This document shows positions 1-9,405 of a DNA stretch of 64,000 nucleotides, in pieces. The translations under genes were made by a program, and so were the position numbers. A model generated the notes under the pieces. The model did no database searches. It worked only from the letters and a program-made list of their open reading frames with translations, and was not told where the DNA came from. Position 1 is the first letter of the stretch. Each line of letters starts with the position of its first letter. Source of the stretch: an uncultured Gemmatimonadales bacterium (GTDB lineage Bacteria; Gemmatimonadota; Gemmatimonadetes; Gemmatimonadales; GWC2-71-9); assembly GCA_965652025.1 (NCBI GenBank), contig CBFGTM010000005.1, positions 3,771-67,770 of the forward strand, given 5' to 3'.

Positions 1-249
1 GGGCTTCAGGTGGGCGATCCACTGCCGATCGAACCGGACAGCTTTTCCCGTGCCGAAATCGCCTTCGACATGGTCTACGCTCCGGGCGAGACCCCATGGA
101 TCCGGACGATGAAGTCTCGGGTGCGCAAGAGCGCCGACGGTCGTACCATGCTGGTGGGTCAAGGGGCCGCGGCATTCGAGCGCTGGTACCCCACGAAGCG
201 GGCACCGGTCGAAGTCATGCGGGCTGCGGTCAATGTCGCCCTTCGCTGA
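1..249 (+). CDS. aroE: Shikimate dehydrogenase, C-terminal fragment (gene begins upstream of window)
   Basis: Frame 1 is open from base 1 to TGA 247-249. The tail DMVYAPGETPWIR...GRTMLVGQGAAAFERWY resembles the conserved AroE C-terminus. Confidence 0.7.
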   Translation, partial: GLQVGDPLPIEPDSFSRAEIAFDMVYAPGETPWIRTMKSRVRKSADGRTMLVGQGAAAFERWYPTKRAPVEVMRAAVNVALR

Positions 250-964
250 GCGGCTTGTATCAGCCCTGACCGGCGCGGAACGCTGGCTCCTCCCTGCAGC
301 GTGTCTACTCTGTGACGAGCCGATACCCAGCCGCGAGGCCGATGCTCTGATCTGCGGCATTTGCCGGAGCCGCTGGCGACCGGTTCCCCATCCACTGTGT
401 CACCGGTGCGGTCAGCCTCGACTCCAGGATCTCGAGTGTCGCATCTGTCAGTCGTGGCCCGCCGGACTGGGGCGGGTGCGCAGCGCCGTCTGGCTGGAGG
501 GCTCGGCCCGGATCGCGGTCCACCGGCTTAAATACGAGGGGTGGAGCCGGGTCAGTGAAGCCATGGCGCTGACCATGCGGAACTTGGAGCCATTGACGGC
601 GGAGGTATCCTTGATACCGGTTCCGCTGGGCGCTCGCCGGCTCAAGGCGCGGGGATACAACCAGAGCGCCTGCATTGCGGCGTCGATTGGCCGCTGTATA
701 GGCGCGCCGGTGCGGGTCGACCTGTTGGAGCGGGTCCGCGAGACCGCAACCCAGACGGCGCTTACTCCGGAGGCCCGGCATGCCAACGTCAGCGGGGCCT
801 TCCGGGCCGGAGGCGTGAACGGGCTGCGTGTTGTGGTGGTGGACGATGTCTTTACCACCGGGGCGACGCTGGCAGCGGCCGGCGCAGCACTGGCCCAGGC
901 CGGGGCCGCGGGAGTGGAAGCGGTGACGTTTGCCCGTGCAGTCGTGGATTTGGGAGTAAGCTAG
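233..964 (+). CDS. comF: ComF-family phosphoribosyltransferase-fold protein
   Basis: 243-aa ORF. N-terminal Cys pairs (CLLC..CGIC, CHRCG..CRIC) and C-terminal PRTase motif [14 protein letters not shown]. Confidence 0.85.
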   Translation: MSPFAERLVSALTGAERWLLPAACLLCDEPIPSREADALICGICRSRWRPVPHPLCHRCGQPRLQDLECRICQSWPAGLGRVRSAVWLEGSARIAVHRLKYEGWSRVSEAMALTMRNLEPLTAEVSLIPVPLGARRLKARGYNQSACIAASIGRCIGAPVRVDLLERVRETATQTALTPEARHANVSGAFRAGGVNGLRVVVVDDVFTTGATLAAAGAALAQAGAAGVEAVTFARAVVDLGVS

Positions 965-1014
965 TCGAGCGTCTAGAGTGGTACGCTAGACCTTCCAAGA
1001 CGAGGATCAAGCAG

Positions 1015-2028
1015 ATGGCCATCAAAGTAGGAATAAACGGCTTCGGCCGCATCGGGCGAAACGTGCTTCGCGCTACCAAAGCCATGAACGTGCGCGATCT
1101 CGAGTTCGTTGCCGTCAACGACCTGACGGATACCCGAACGCTCGCCCACCTGCTCAAGTTCGATTCGGTGCATGGTCGCTTTCAGGGCGACGTGACGCCT
1201 GAGTCCGACGGCATCTGCGTGGACGGGGACTCCATCAGGGTATTGTCGGAGAAAGATCCGGCCAAACTTCCCTGGAAGGACCTGGGCGTCGACATCGTCC
1301 TGGAATCGACCGGTCGCTTTACCGATCGTGATCAGGCCGCCGTGCACCTTCAAGGGGGAGCCAAGAAGGTCATCATCTCCGCGCCGGCCAAGAAGGAAGA
1401 CATCACCATCGTCTATGGCGTCAACCACAAGTCATACGACGCCGCCAAGCATCACGTCATCTCCAACGCGAGCTGCACCACGAACTGTCTGGTCCCCGTG
1501 GTCAAGGTGATTCTGGACCGGTTCGGCTTCGTGAACGGCTTCATGACCACCGTGCACTCCTATACCAACGACCAGCAGATCCTCGATCTCCCTCACAAGG
1601 ACCTCCGCCGGGCCCGGGCGGCTGCGCTCTCCATCATCCCAACCACGACCGGCGCAGCCAAGGCGACGTCACTGGTGCTCCCCGAGGTCAAAGGCAAGAT
1701 CGACGGCGTCTCCCTCCGGGTGCCGACGCCAGATGTCTCGGTGGTCGCTCTCAGCTGCGTGGTACAGAAGCCGACCACGGCGGACGAAGTCAACGCTGCC
1801 TTCCGGGACGCTGCCAAGTCGGGGCCGCTCAAGAACATTGTGGCGGTGAGCGAAGAGCCGCTGGTCTCGGTGGACTATATCGGATCGATGGAATCCAGCA
1901 CGATTGATGCCCTTTCCACCAACGTGGTCAACGGCACGCTGGTCAACGTCACCTCCTGGTATGACAATGAAATGGGCTATTCAGCCCGGTGCGTGGACCT
2001 ACTCCGCTATATCGGACAGACGCGGTGA
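1015..2028 (+). CDS. gap: Glyceraldehyde-3-phosphate dehydrogenase (type I)
   Basis: [14 protein letters not shown]-binding N-terminus, active-site [11 protein letters not shown]-terminal WYDNEMGYS. Confidence 0.97.
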   Translation: MAIKVGINGFGRIGRNVLRATKAMNVRDLEFVAVNDLTDTRTLAHLLKFDSVHGRFQGDVTPESDGICVDGDSIRVLSEKDPAKLPWKDLGVDIVLESTGRFTDRDQAAVHLQGGAKKVIISAPAKKEDITIVYGVNHKSYDAAKHHVISNASCTTNCLVPVVKVILDRFGFVNGFMTTVHSYTNDQQILDLPHKDLRRARAAALSIIPTTTGAAKATSLVLPEVKGKIDGVSLRVPTPDVSVVALSCVVQKPTTADEVNAAFRDAAKSGPLKNIVAVSEEPLVSVDYIGSMESSTIDALSTNVVNGTLVNVTSWYDNEMGYSARCVDLLRYIGQTR

Positions 2029-3215
2029 AGCGGACGCTGGAATCGCTGGACAAGGGATCGCTGGAGGGACGACGGGCGCTGGTGCGGGTCGACTTCAACG
2101 TCCCGCTGAAGGACGGTGCAGTTTCGGATGACACCCGGATCCGGGCTGCGCTTCCCACCATCAAATACCTTCGGGACAAGGGTGCCCGCCTGGTGCTGCT
2201 GTCGCACCTCGGCCGTCCCAAGAAGGGGCCGGATCCCAAGTATTCCATGAAGCCGGTGGTGCAGGCGCTCGAAAAGCTGCTGGGCGCTCCGGTCACGTTT
2301 CTTGCCGATCCTACTTCCGCCGATGCCGCCACGACAACCAGGCGGCTGCCGCGCGGCGGTGTCGCCGTGGCGGAGAACACCCGTTTCTATTCCGGTGAGG
2401 AAAAGAACGATCCCGGATTAGCGCAGCAGTTTGCCGCGCTGGGTGACCTGTACGTCAACGATGCCTTCGGCTCGGCCCACCGGGCCCACGCCAGCACCGA
2501 AGCAGTTGCCCGGATTCTGAAACCCGCGGTCTCCGGCTTTCTTCTGGAACGAGAGCTCCGCTACCTGGGAGATGCGCTGCACAACCCGAAGCGACCATTC
2601 GTCGCCGTTCTGGGCGGCGCCAAGATCAGCGGCAAGATCGACCTGATCGAGGCCCTGCTGCCGAAGGTGGACCAGATCCTCCTTGGTGGCGCGATGGCCT
2701 GTACCTTCTTCAAGGCAATGGGGCTCGAAACCGGGAGATCGCTAGTCGAGCCCGATAAGATTGATCTGGCCCGGGAGCTCATGGATAAAGCCGGCAAGAA
2801 GCTGGTCCTGCCGGGTGGAGCGGTGATCGCTCGGGAGCTCAAGCCCAAGGGGGAGACTCGCACCGTGAATCGGGACGCCATTCCGAGGGACTGGGCGGTG
2901 TACGACATCGATCCAGCCACCGAGGAGACGTTCGGCTCTGCCATCGAGCGGGCCGGCACGGTAGTCTGGAACGGGCCGATGGGCGTGTTCGAGACTCCGC
3001 CCTTCGATCACGGCACGTTGGCGATTGCCCGCGCCATGGCCAAAGCCTCGAGCAAGGGCGCAGTGACGGTGATCGGCGGAGGCGATTCGGCGGCTGCCGT
3101 GGCCCAGGCCGGGCTGGCGGATCGGGTGACCCACGTCTCCACCGGCGGTGGCGCTTCGCTCGAGTTTCTGGAGGGGAAGGAGCTCCCCGGCGTCGCAGCC
3201 CTGGACGAGGCATGA
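2025..3215 (+). CDS. pgk: Phosphoglycerate kinase
   Basis: [20 protein letters not shown] and [11 protein letters not shown] motifs. The longest ORF starts at 1989, but in-frame GTG 2025 forms a GTGA overlap with the gap stop (2026-2028) and is the more likely start. Confidence 0.95.
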   Translation: MKRTLESLDKGSLEGRRALVRVDFNVPLKDGAVSDDTRIRAALPTIKYLRDKGARLVLLSHLGRPKKGPDPKYSMKPVVQALEKLLGAPVTFLADPTSADAATTTRRLPRGGVAVAENTRFYSGEEKNDPGLAQQFAALGDLYVNDAFGSAHRAHASTEAVARILKPAVSGFLLERELRYLGDALHNPKRPFVAVLGGAKISGKIDLIEALLPKVDQILLGGAMACTFFKAMGLETGRSLVEPDKIDLARELMDKAGKKLVLPGGAVIARELKPKGETRTVNRDAIPRDWAVYDIDPATEETFGSAIERAGTVVWNGPMGVFETPPFDHGTLAIARAMAKASSKGAVTVIGGGDSAAAVAQAGLADRVTHVSTGGGASLEFLEGKELPGVAALDEA

Positions 3216-4012
3216 CGGCCCGTCCGCTCACTTTCGCCGCCAACTGGAAGATGAACCACGGGCCGGGGGAGGCCCGGGCCTTCGCGCGGAAATTCCTCCC
3301 CCTGACCACTCCGGTGCAGGGCCGGCGTCTCTGGTTCTTCCCGCCCGCGGTCTCGATCGGTGCTCTGAGTGAGGCGGTGCACGAGCGTCCCGACATGACC
3401 GTCGGCGCCCAAAACGTGCACTGGGAGCCGAAGGGCGCCTTCACTGGTGGGATCTCCATCCCGATGGTCACCGAAGTAGGAGCGCGTCTCACCCTGGTCG
3501 GACACTCGGAGCGGCGGCACCTCTTCGGCGAGACCGATGAGCAGGTGGCCCGGAAGACGCGTGCGGCTCTCAAGGCCGGTATCACGCCGCTCGTGTGTGT
3601 TGGGGAGACCCTGGCCGAGCGGGATGGCGGCCGCACCGAGCAGGTCATCGTGCGGCAGCTCGGCCCGGTGATTCAGGCTCTCCAGATCGAGGACTGGGAC
3701 AACGTCACCCTGGCATACGAGCCGGTATGGGCGATCGGGACGGGGAAGAACGCAACGCCGGACGACGCGGCACAGATCCACGAGCTCATCCGAATGGAGC
3801 TGGGCCGCCATAGCGTGAAGAAGCGGGTTTCCATTCTCTACGGCGGCAGCGTCAACGCCGGGAACGTCGCTTCGCTGCTCACGCGGCCTCAACTCGACGG
3901 CGTCCTGGTAGGTGGCGCGAGTCTCGACCCCGACACCTGGGCCGAAGTCGTGCAGCAGGGATCCAGGGCTACGGTGCGACCCTCAGGAGGATATGGTGTG
4001 CTGGAAGCGTAG
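3212..4012 (+). CDS. tpiA: Triosephosphate isomerase
   Basis: [36 protein letters not shown] overlap with the pgk stop. Carries a roughly 20-aa C-terminal extension beyond the usual end. Confidence 0.95.
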   Translation: MTARPLTFAANWKMNHGPGEARAFARKFLPLTTPVQGRRLWFFPPAVSIGALSEAVHERPDMTVGAQNVHWEPKGAFTGGISIPMVTEVGARLTLVGHSERRHLFGETDEQVARKTRAALKAGITPLVCVGETLAERDGGRTEQVIVRQLGPVIQALQIEDWDNVTLAYEPVWAIGTGKNATPDDAAQIHELIRMELGRHSVKKRVSILYGGSVNAGNVASLLTRPQLDGVLVGGASLDPDTWAEVVQQGSRATVRPSGGYGVLEA

Positions 4013-4028
4013 CCGCCTGTAGCATCCC

Positions 4029-4913
4029 ATGCCCGAGCTGCCTGACATCACACTGTATATCACCCAGCTTCAACCCCGCATCACCGGCCAGCCACTCAAC
4101 CAGATCGTCGTTCGCAGCCCGTTTCTGCTCCGCTCCGTGGATCCACCGCTCTCGGCGGCGGAAGGGAAGCGAGTTACCGGACTCCGGCGCCTGGGCAAGC
4201 GGATCGTGCTCGAACTGGAGGACCAGCTCTTTCTGGTCATCCATCTGATGATTGCCGGGAGGTTCCGCTGGGTGGCGGCCGATGCCAAAGGCGGCGGCAA
4301 GCTGCTACTGGCAAGCTTCCACTTTCCCAACGGCACCCTCCAACTCACTGAAGCAGGCAGCAAGCGGCGAGCCTCTTTGCATCTGGTGGCCGGTGCGGAG
4401 CGGCTGCGTGATTTCGAGCGGGGCGGGCTAGAGGTACTGGAGGCCGATCTCGGCAGCTTTGCCGAACGCCTACGCTCGGAGAACCACACCCTCAAGCGTG
4501 CCCTCACCGATCCCCGGCTCTTCAGCGGCATCGGGAATGCCTACTCCGACGAGATCCTCCACCGCGCCCGCCTCTCGCCCTTGGCGCTTACCAGCCGGCT
4601 GTCCGAGGCAGAGGTGACAACCCTCTATCAGGCCACCCGGGCGACGCTGCAGGCCTGGATCGAGCGCCTGCAGCGGGAAACCGGGGACGCGTTTCCGGCC
4701 AAGGTCACCGCCTTCCGCGAAGGCATGGCGGTGCACGGCCGCTTCGGCAAGCCCTGTCCCGCCTGTGGTGCTCCAGTCCAGCGGATCCGGTATGCCGACA
4801 ACGAGACCAACTACTGCGCCCGGTGTCAGACCGGGGGACGGCTGCTGGCGGATCGGGCGCTGTCACGGCTGCTGAAGCAGGATTGGCCGAGGTCGATTGA
4901 TGAGGTGGAGTAG
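4029..4913 (+). CDS. Fpg/Nei-family DNA glycosylase / AP lyase
   Basis: N-terminal MPELPD (catalytic Pro2/Glu3), H2TH region, C-terminal zinc finger CPACG...CARCQ. Confidence 0.85.
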   Translation: MPELPDITLYITQLQPRITGQPLNQIVVRSPFLLRSVDPPLSAAEGKRVTGLRRLGKRIVLELEDQLFLVIHLMIAGRFRWVAADAKGGGKLLLASFHFPNGTLQLTEAGSKRRASLHLVAGAERLRDFERGGLEVLEADLGSFAERLRSENHTLKRALTDPRLFSGIGNAYSDEILHRARLSPLALTSRLSEAEVTTLYQATRATLQAWIERLQRETGDAFPAKVTAFREGMAVHGRFGKPCPACGAPVQRIRYADNETNYCARCQTGGRLLADRALSRLLKQDWPRSIDEVE

Positions 4914-4951
4914 GTGGTAGGCAGTCACGAGTCACGAGTCGCGAGTCGCGA
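4910..4951. repeat. Tandem heptamer array GTAGGTG GTAGGCA GTCACGA GTCACGA GTCGCGA GTCGCGA (left arm of an inverted pair)
   Basis: Read directly: six consecutive 7-nt units starting with GT, beginning within the fpg stop codon (TAG 4911-4913). The last four units fit GTCRCGA. Confidence 0.9.
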
Positions 4952-4959
4952 TTGTCGTG

Positions 4960-5313
4960 CTAGACATCGAGCGAGCGAATAAGCCCACTCAGCATTTTGC
5001 TTAGCTGCTGGCACTGATCATCTAGGATCTTCCAAGCTTCAGATTCAACAAGCCTCAGGTCCCGGCACACCAAGAGCTGGCACTCGAGTTCGCAGGTCGA
5101 ACCACGTGCGATCCTGAGGTACCTGGCATGTTCCCTGTCGCTGAGTCTGCCAGACCCTTCGGCGATGTTGGAGGCAATCGAAACCGCTGATCGTCTTAGC
5201 TGAGCTGTCAAACCATAGCGCTCTTGAACTGGGAAACCATTAGTCGAGCGGTAGATCTCCAAGACCAGCCCGTGGGCTTGCTTCCAAACCGCGAGTCGGC
5301 GGTAGTTCCCCAT
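4960..5313 (-). CDS. Four-helix-bundle protein (23S rRNA intervening-sequence protein / Avd family)
   Basis: 117 aa. YRRLAVWKQAHGLVLEIY...RSAVSIASNIAEGSGR...YLRIARGSTCELECQL is the hallmark pattern of this family. No obvious Shine-Dalgarno upstream. Confidence 0.9.
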   Translation of the reverse strand: MGNYRRLAVWKQAHGLVLEIYRSTNGFPVQERYGLTAQLRRSAVSIASNIAEGSGRLSDREHARYLRIARGSTCELECQLLVCRDLRLVESEAWKILDDQCQQLSKMLSGLIRSLDV

Positions 5314-5389
5314 TGGTGCACGGTATAGTCGGGCTTTTCAGATTGAGTATCCCGCTAACGTCGCAGTAAGCTGATTCACGCGGGCGCTT

Positions 5390-5424
5390 GCGCGACTCGT
5401 GACTCGAGACCCGCGACCCGCGAC
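5390..5424. repeat. Tandem heptamer array GCGCGAC TCGTGAC TCGAGAC CCGCGAC CCGCGAC (right arm, reverse-complement orientation)
   Basis: Read directly. TCGYGAC is the reverse complement of the GTCRCGA units at 4924-4951. Confidence 0.9.
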
Positions 5425-5468
5425 CCCTTCTCGACTTCCAAGATCTTCCCAATTAAACTACCGCCACC

Positions 5469-5942
5469 ATGTTCGCATTTCTGCTCGTACTGCTCATTAT
5501 CGACGCCTTGCTGTTGTCTGTGGTCGTCCTGCTCCAGGCCGGCCAGGGCGGAGGACTTGCCTCGCTCGGCGGCGGAACCACGGACACCGTGCTCGGTGGC
5601 CGCCAGGCGGTCACAATCCTGACCAAGCTCAGCTGGTGGTGCGGCGGCATCTTTCTGCTGCTCTCGCTGATGCTGTCGCTGGTCCCCCGGGGCGGCAGTT
5701 CCAGTGCGCTGCAGGAGCGGCTCCGGGCTGCCACGCCCGCGGCGCCGTCGCAGCAGGCCCCGCTGCCCCTGGGCGAGCCCAATCAGCCACCGACCAGCAC
5801 TCCTCAGACCGGCACTCCCAAGCCGGGCACCACTACTCCGCAGGCCCCCCAGTCCCGGCAGGCACCGCTACCTCTCGGCACCCCGGCTGAGCCGAAGACC
5901 CAGGTGCCGGCGCCGAGTAAGCCTCAACAACCCAAGCAGTGA
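5469..5942 (+). CDS. secG: Preprotein translocase subunit SecG with Pro/Gln-rich C-terminal tail
   Basis: N-terminal TM helix followed by [16 protein letters not shown] (SecG signature), a second TM helix, then a low-complexity PQ-rich tail. Confidence 0.85.
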   Translation: MFAFLLVLLIIDALLLSVVVLLQAGQGGGLASLGGGTTDTVLGGRQAVTILTKLSWWCGGIFLLLSLMLSLVPRGGSSSALQERLRAATPAAPSQQAPLPLGEPNQPPTSTPQTGTPKPGTTTPQAPQSRQAPLPLGTPAEPKTQVPAPSKPQQPKQ

Positions 5943-5973
5943 TCGAAGCAACCGGATTCAGCGGGGTGACCGG

Positions 5974-7071
5974 ATGACGGGTCGCCCCGCTTTTGTATTG
6001 CTGGAGGATGGCGCCTGGTTCGCCGGAACCAGCGTACGGGAAAGCCAGCCTGCATTCGGGGAGGTGGTCTTCACCACCAATCTGACCGGATATCAGGAGA
6101 CGTTTACTGATCCCAGCTACATGGGACAGATCGTCGTGATGACTGCGCCAATGATCGGCAATTACGGAGTGAACGAAGAAGACATGGAGTCGCCTCAGCC
6201 TCAGATCAGCGGGGTGGTGGTTCGCGAGTTGGCGCGGCATCCTTCCAACTGGCGCGCCACCCGGAGTTTGGACGACTGGCTCGGCTCAGCTGGAGTTCCG
6301 GTCATCGAAAGCGTCGATACCAGACGACTCACCCGCCACCTCCGGGAACGTGGAGCCATGCGGGGAGTTATCGCCCAAGGCACTAAGCCAACCGATCAGC
6401 TGCGGGCGCGGCTCCTGGCCTCACCTTCGATGGAAGGGCTCGACCTGGCGTCTCGGGCCAGTACCGGCACTGGCCGAAGCGAGGGCACTGGTCCTCACGT
6501 GGTGGCGTATGACTTCGGAATGAAGCGCAACATCGTTCGCATGCTGGTCGGAGCGGGATGCCGAGTAACCGTGGTTCCCGCGGCAATGCCCGCAGCGGAG
6601 GTGCAAGAGATGAAGCCGGACGGACTGTTCCTTTCCAATGGGCCCGGGGATCCCGCGGCGGTCGGCTATGCTCTGGCGACGATCCGCCAGCTCGCCGACG
6701 CGGGGCTGCCAACATTCGGCATCTGTCTGGGGCATCAGCTGATCGGTCTCGCCTACGGTGGCTCCACGGCCAAAATGCCCTATGGCCATCGAGGCGGAAA
6801 CCATCCGGTGCGTAATCTGCGAACCGCTCAGGTGCTGATCACGACTCAAAACCATGGCTTTGCGGTAGTTGGCGACGCTGACGGCGTTCCGGGCGCACCC
6901 GCCTTAGAGGTGACCCATCTGAACCTGAACGACGGGACGATTGAAGGAATTCGTCATCGCGAGCTGCCGCTCTTCGCGGTGCAGTATCATCCCGAGGCGG
7001 CACCCGGCCCCCACGATGCCTTGCCTCACTTCTCCGAATTCATGGCGGCCCTGGGGAAGGGTGGCCGGTAG
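5974..7071 (+). CDS. carA: Carbamoyl-phosphate synthase small (glutaminase) subunit
   Basis: [18 protein letters not shown] (catalytic Cys), [16 protein letters not shown]. The longest ORF (5704) adds an Arg/Pro-rich extension overlapping secG. ATG 5974 ([13 protein letters not shown]) matches the conserved N-terminus. Confidence 0.95.
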   Translation: MTGRPAFVLLEDGAWFAGTSVRESQPAFGEVVFTTNLTGYQETFTDPSYMGQIVVMTAPMIGNYGVNEEDMESPQPQISGVVVRELARHPSNWRATRSLDDWLGSAGVPVIESVDTRRLTRHLRERGAMRGVIAQGTKPTDQLRARLLASPSMEGLDLASRASTGTGRSEGTGPHVVAYDFGMKRNIVRMLVGAGCRVTVVPAAMPAAEVQEMKPDGLFLSNGPGDPAAVGYALATIRQLADAGLPTFGICLGHQLIGLAYGGSTAKMPYGHRGGNHPVRNLRTAQVLITTQNHGFAVVGDADGVPGAPALEVTHLNLNDGTIEGIRHRELPLFAVQYHPEAAPGPHDALPHFSEFMAALGKGGR

Positions 7072-7083
7072 TTCGGCAACCCC

Positions 7084-7112
7084 TTGACAGACAAGGGTTA
7101 AGCCCGTAGTAT
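7084..7112 (+). promoter_or_regulatory. Candidate sigma70-type promoter for the HU/IHF gene
   Basis: TTGACA (7084-7089), a 17-nt spacer, then TAGTAT (7107-7112), 55 nt upstream of ATG 7167. This is a motif match only. Confidence 0.45.
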
Positions 7113-7166
7113 CGGCCATTGGCTGGCCCGCCTGCGCTCCGCTGACATAACCCTCCTGGGGGATGC

Positions 7167-7496
7167 ATGACCAAGGCCGATCTCGTTGAACAGGTGACCG
7201 CCTCCATTGCCCGCACGGCTGGGCCCATGATCTCCAAGAAGGACTGTGCCCGCGTGGTGGATGCATTTCTCGAGGCGGTAAAGGAAGCACTCAAGCAGCA
7301 ACACAACATTGAGGTTAGGGGCTTCGGCACCTTTAAGATTCGGCGCCGGAAGACCCGCATGGCACGCAATCCCCGCACCGGCGATCCAGTAGAGGTTGCC
7401 GCGCGGCCGGTACCGGTATTCAAGCCCAGCAAGGAGTTGCGGGCTCTGGTGGCGGACGAGACAACTTCCGAGGCCGAACCGGCTCAGGGGATGTAA
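7167..7496 (+). CDS. HU/IHF-family DNA-binding protein
   Basis: 109 aa. MTKADLVEQV..., VEVRGFGTFKIRRRKTRMARNPRTGDPVEV beta-arm motif. Confidence 0.9.
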   Translation: MTKADLVEQVTASIARTAGPMISKKDCARVVDAFLEAVKEALKQQHNIEVRGFGTFKIRRRKTRMARNPRTGDPVEVAARPVPVFKPSKELRALVADETTSEAEPAQGM

Positions 7497-7519
7497 AAAG
7501 CTCGCCACCGCTATAGCCA

Positions 7520-7550
7520 AGGTCGCCCGAGGGTGGGCGACCTTTTTTTC
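7520..7550 (+). terminator. Rho-independent terminator after the HU/IHF gene
   Basis: 9-bp perfect GC-rich stem AGGTCGCCC (7520-7528) / GGGCGACCT (7535-7543), 6-nt loop, followed by a T7 run. Confidence 0.8.
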
Positions 7551-7599
7551 GCTGCCGACGCTGTTTCCGCCTGGGCCCTAGTGGCGGTAACTTTCTGCT

Positions 7600-7866
7600 A
7601 TGCCTGTCAGTAACGCCCCCACGCTTCGCCTCCGGGTTCGGTTGTTCGCCAGCTACGCCGAGGCCCTGGGCTACGACCAAGTCGACCTATGCCTCGACCA
7701 TCCCTGTACCGTAGCCGATGCGGTGAAGCTTCTAAGGGCCCTTCCCGGTGGCGAGAGGCTCCCCAACCGGCCACTCTGCGCCATTAACCTATCCCAGGCT
7801 ACTCCCGAGGATCCGCTGTCGCCGGGAGACGAGCTGGCGCTCCTGCCTCCGCTGTCGGGTGGATGA
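7600..7866 (+). CDS. moaD: Molybdopterin synthase sulfur-carrier subunit (MoaD/ThiS family)
   Basis: 88 aa ending in the obligatory C-terminal Gly-Gly (LPPLSGG). Sits immediately upstream of moaE. Confidence 0.8.
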   Translation: MPVSNAPTLRLRVRLFASYAEALGYDQVDLCLDHPCTVADAVKLLRALPGGERLPNRPLCAINLSQATPEDPLSPGDELALLPPLSGG

Positions 7867-8362
7867 CCTCGTGTATCTGACCACTGAGCCAATTGATCTG
7901 ACGGCACTGCTGGTGCAGGTCCAGTCGCCTTCGCGGGGTGGCGTCGCCTGTTTCATCGGGGCAGTGCGGGATCACGCCGGCGGCCGAGCAGTCACACGGC
8001 TGGACTATTCGGCATACGGGCCCATGGCCGAGACCGAGTGCGCCCGCATTGTCGCCGAAGCCGAAGCGCGCTGGTCCTGTGGCGTGGCACTCCAGCACCG
8101 AGTCGGCACCCTGGCCGTCGGCGACACTGCGGTAGCCATAACGGCGGCCGCCGCGCACCGGGACGAGGCCTTCGCCGCCTGCCGATACGCGATCGAGGAA
8201 GTGAAGCGCCGCGTGCCAATCTGGAAGCGCGAGGTGTTCGCGGATGGATCGGTGGAGTGGGTAAGCGGGTATGCGGGTAAGGGGGTAAGCGGGGACGTCA
8301 ATGAAACGACACAAGACCTGGCGGGTGGGCTGGTGAGGCAACCCGGGGAAGTCGATTCATGA
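7859..8362 (+). CDS. moaE: Molybdopterin synthase catalytic subunit
   Basis: GAVACFIGAVRDH-like motif (GGVACFIGAVRDHAGG), AAAHRDEAFAACRYAIEEVKRRVPIWKRE. The likely start, GTG 7859, overlaps the moaD stop. The last ~34 aa are encoded by the octamer repeat element. Confidence 0.85.
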   Translation: MDDLVYLTTEPIDLTALLVQVQSPSRGGVACFIGAVRDHAGGRAVTRLDYSAYGPMAETECARIVAEAEARWSCGVALQHRVGTLAVGDTAVAITAAAAHRDEAFAACRYAIEEVKRRVPIWKREVFADGSVEWVSGYAGKGVSGDVNETTQDLAGGLVRQPGEVDS

Positions 8363-8396
8363 ACCGACTTACCCGCCTACCCGCCTACCCGCTTAC
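8261..8396. repeat. Inverted tandem octamer arrays (GTAAGCGG-type x4 / CCGCTTAC-type x4) spanning the moaE-moaA junction
   Basis: Left arm: GTAAGCGG GTATGCGG GTAAGGGG GTAAGCGG (8261-8292). Right arm: CGACTTAC CCGCCTAC CCGCCTAC CCGCTTAC (8365-8396). The arms are mutually reverse-complementary and separated by a 72-nt spacer that contains the ATGA stop/start at 8359-8362. Confidence 0.9.
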
Positions 8397-9405
8397 TGAC
8401 CTCCTGGACCGTCCGCTCCGGAGCCTGCGGATCAGCGTCACCGATCGCTGCAACATGCGTTGCCGGTACTGTATGCCGGAGCAGGACTATGTCTGGCTGC
8501 CACGACAGTCGATCCTATCATTCGAAGAAATCGATCGATTGGCCGGAATCTTCAGCCGCCTTGGCGTTGACAAGCTTCGCATCACCGGCGGGGAGCCGCT
8601 GCTGCGACATGACCTCCCTGAATTGATCAGGCTGCTCCGGCGGCAGCCAGGCATTCACGATCTGGCAATGACCACCAACGGAATCCTGCTGGGTCGGCAT
8701 GCCGCTGACTTGCGAGCTGCTGGCCTCGACCGGGTGACCGTAAGCCTGGATACGCTCCGGGCCGACCGGATGGAGGAGTTTGCCCGGACTGCTCGACACG
8801 CCGAGGTGGTCGAGGGGATTGCCACTGCCAAGCGAGTGGGACTCGGCCTCAAGCTCAATGCGGTGGTGATCCGGGGTTACAATGAGGATGAGCTGGTTGA
8901 TCTGCTGGAGTTTGCCCGCGTGTGGCGTGCGGAGATGCGGTTCATCGAATACATGGATGTCGGTGGCGCTACTGACTGGGCCATGGAACAGGTAGTGACC
9001 CGGACCGAAATACTCCAGATGCTGAGGCGTCGCTACGGTGGGATCGAACCACTCGAGACCGCGGATTGGGCACCGGCCGATCGCTACTCGCTGCCTGACG
9101 GGACGGTATTCGGGATAATTGCTTCGACCACTGCACCGTTTTGCCGCACCTGTGACCGCAGCCGTCTGACCGCGGACGGCAGTTGGCTGCTCTGTCTCTA
9201 TGGCGAATCCGGGATCGATCTTCGGGAGCACCTGAGGACGGGCCGCTCCGATGCGGAGATCACCGCCATCGTCGAGGAAGCCTGGAGGGCTCGCCGGGAT
9301 CGTGGCGCCGAGCTGCGGGCCGAGTCGTTGCATCGAGGGGCCCTGTACCAGCTGGAGACGCTCCGCGCCGATCCCCACCGGGAAATGCATACTCGGGGCG
9401 GCTGA
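8359..9405 (+). CDS. moaA: GTP 3',8-cyclase (radical SAM)
   Basis: LRISVTDRCNMRCRYCMP (CxxxCxxC radical-SAM cluster), ITGGEPLL, C-terminal cluster CRTCDRSRLTADG. The first ~11 codons lie in the octamer repeat. Confidence 0.93.
   Translation: MNRLTRLPAYPLTDLLDRPLRSLRISVTDRCNMRCRYCMPEQDYVWLPRQSILSFEEIDRLAGIFSRLGVDKLRITGGEPLLRHDLPELIRLLRRQPGIHDLAMTTNGILLGRHAADLRAAGLDRVTVSLDTLRADRMEEFARTARHAEVVEGIATAKRVGLGLKLNAVVIRGYNEDELVDLLEFARVWRAEMRFIEYMDVGGATDWAMEQVVTRTEILQMLRRRYGGIEPLETADWAPADRYSLPDGTVFGIIASTTAPFCRTCDRSRLTADGSWLLCLYGESGIDLREHLRTGRSDAEITAIVEEAWRARRDRGAELRAESLHRGALYQLETLRADPHREMHTRGG

Noticed and set aside
5399-5890. 163-aa plus-strand ORF overlapping secG in another frame
   Set aside because: The SecG frame carries the family signature. 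This alternative frame is Arg/Pro/Ala-rich low-complexity.
5704-5973. N-terminal 90-codon extension of the carA ORF overlapping secG (similar extensions at 13668-14273, 18707-18940, 21344-21547, 22467-22796, 23523-24074, 9183-9404, 10734-10928)
   Set aside because: The extensions are Arg/Pro-rich, overlap the upstream gene in another frame, and precede an internal start that aligns with the conserved N-terminus or with a stop/start overlap. They are longest-ORF artefacts.
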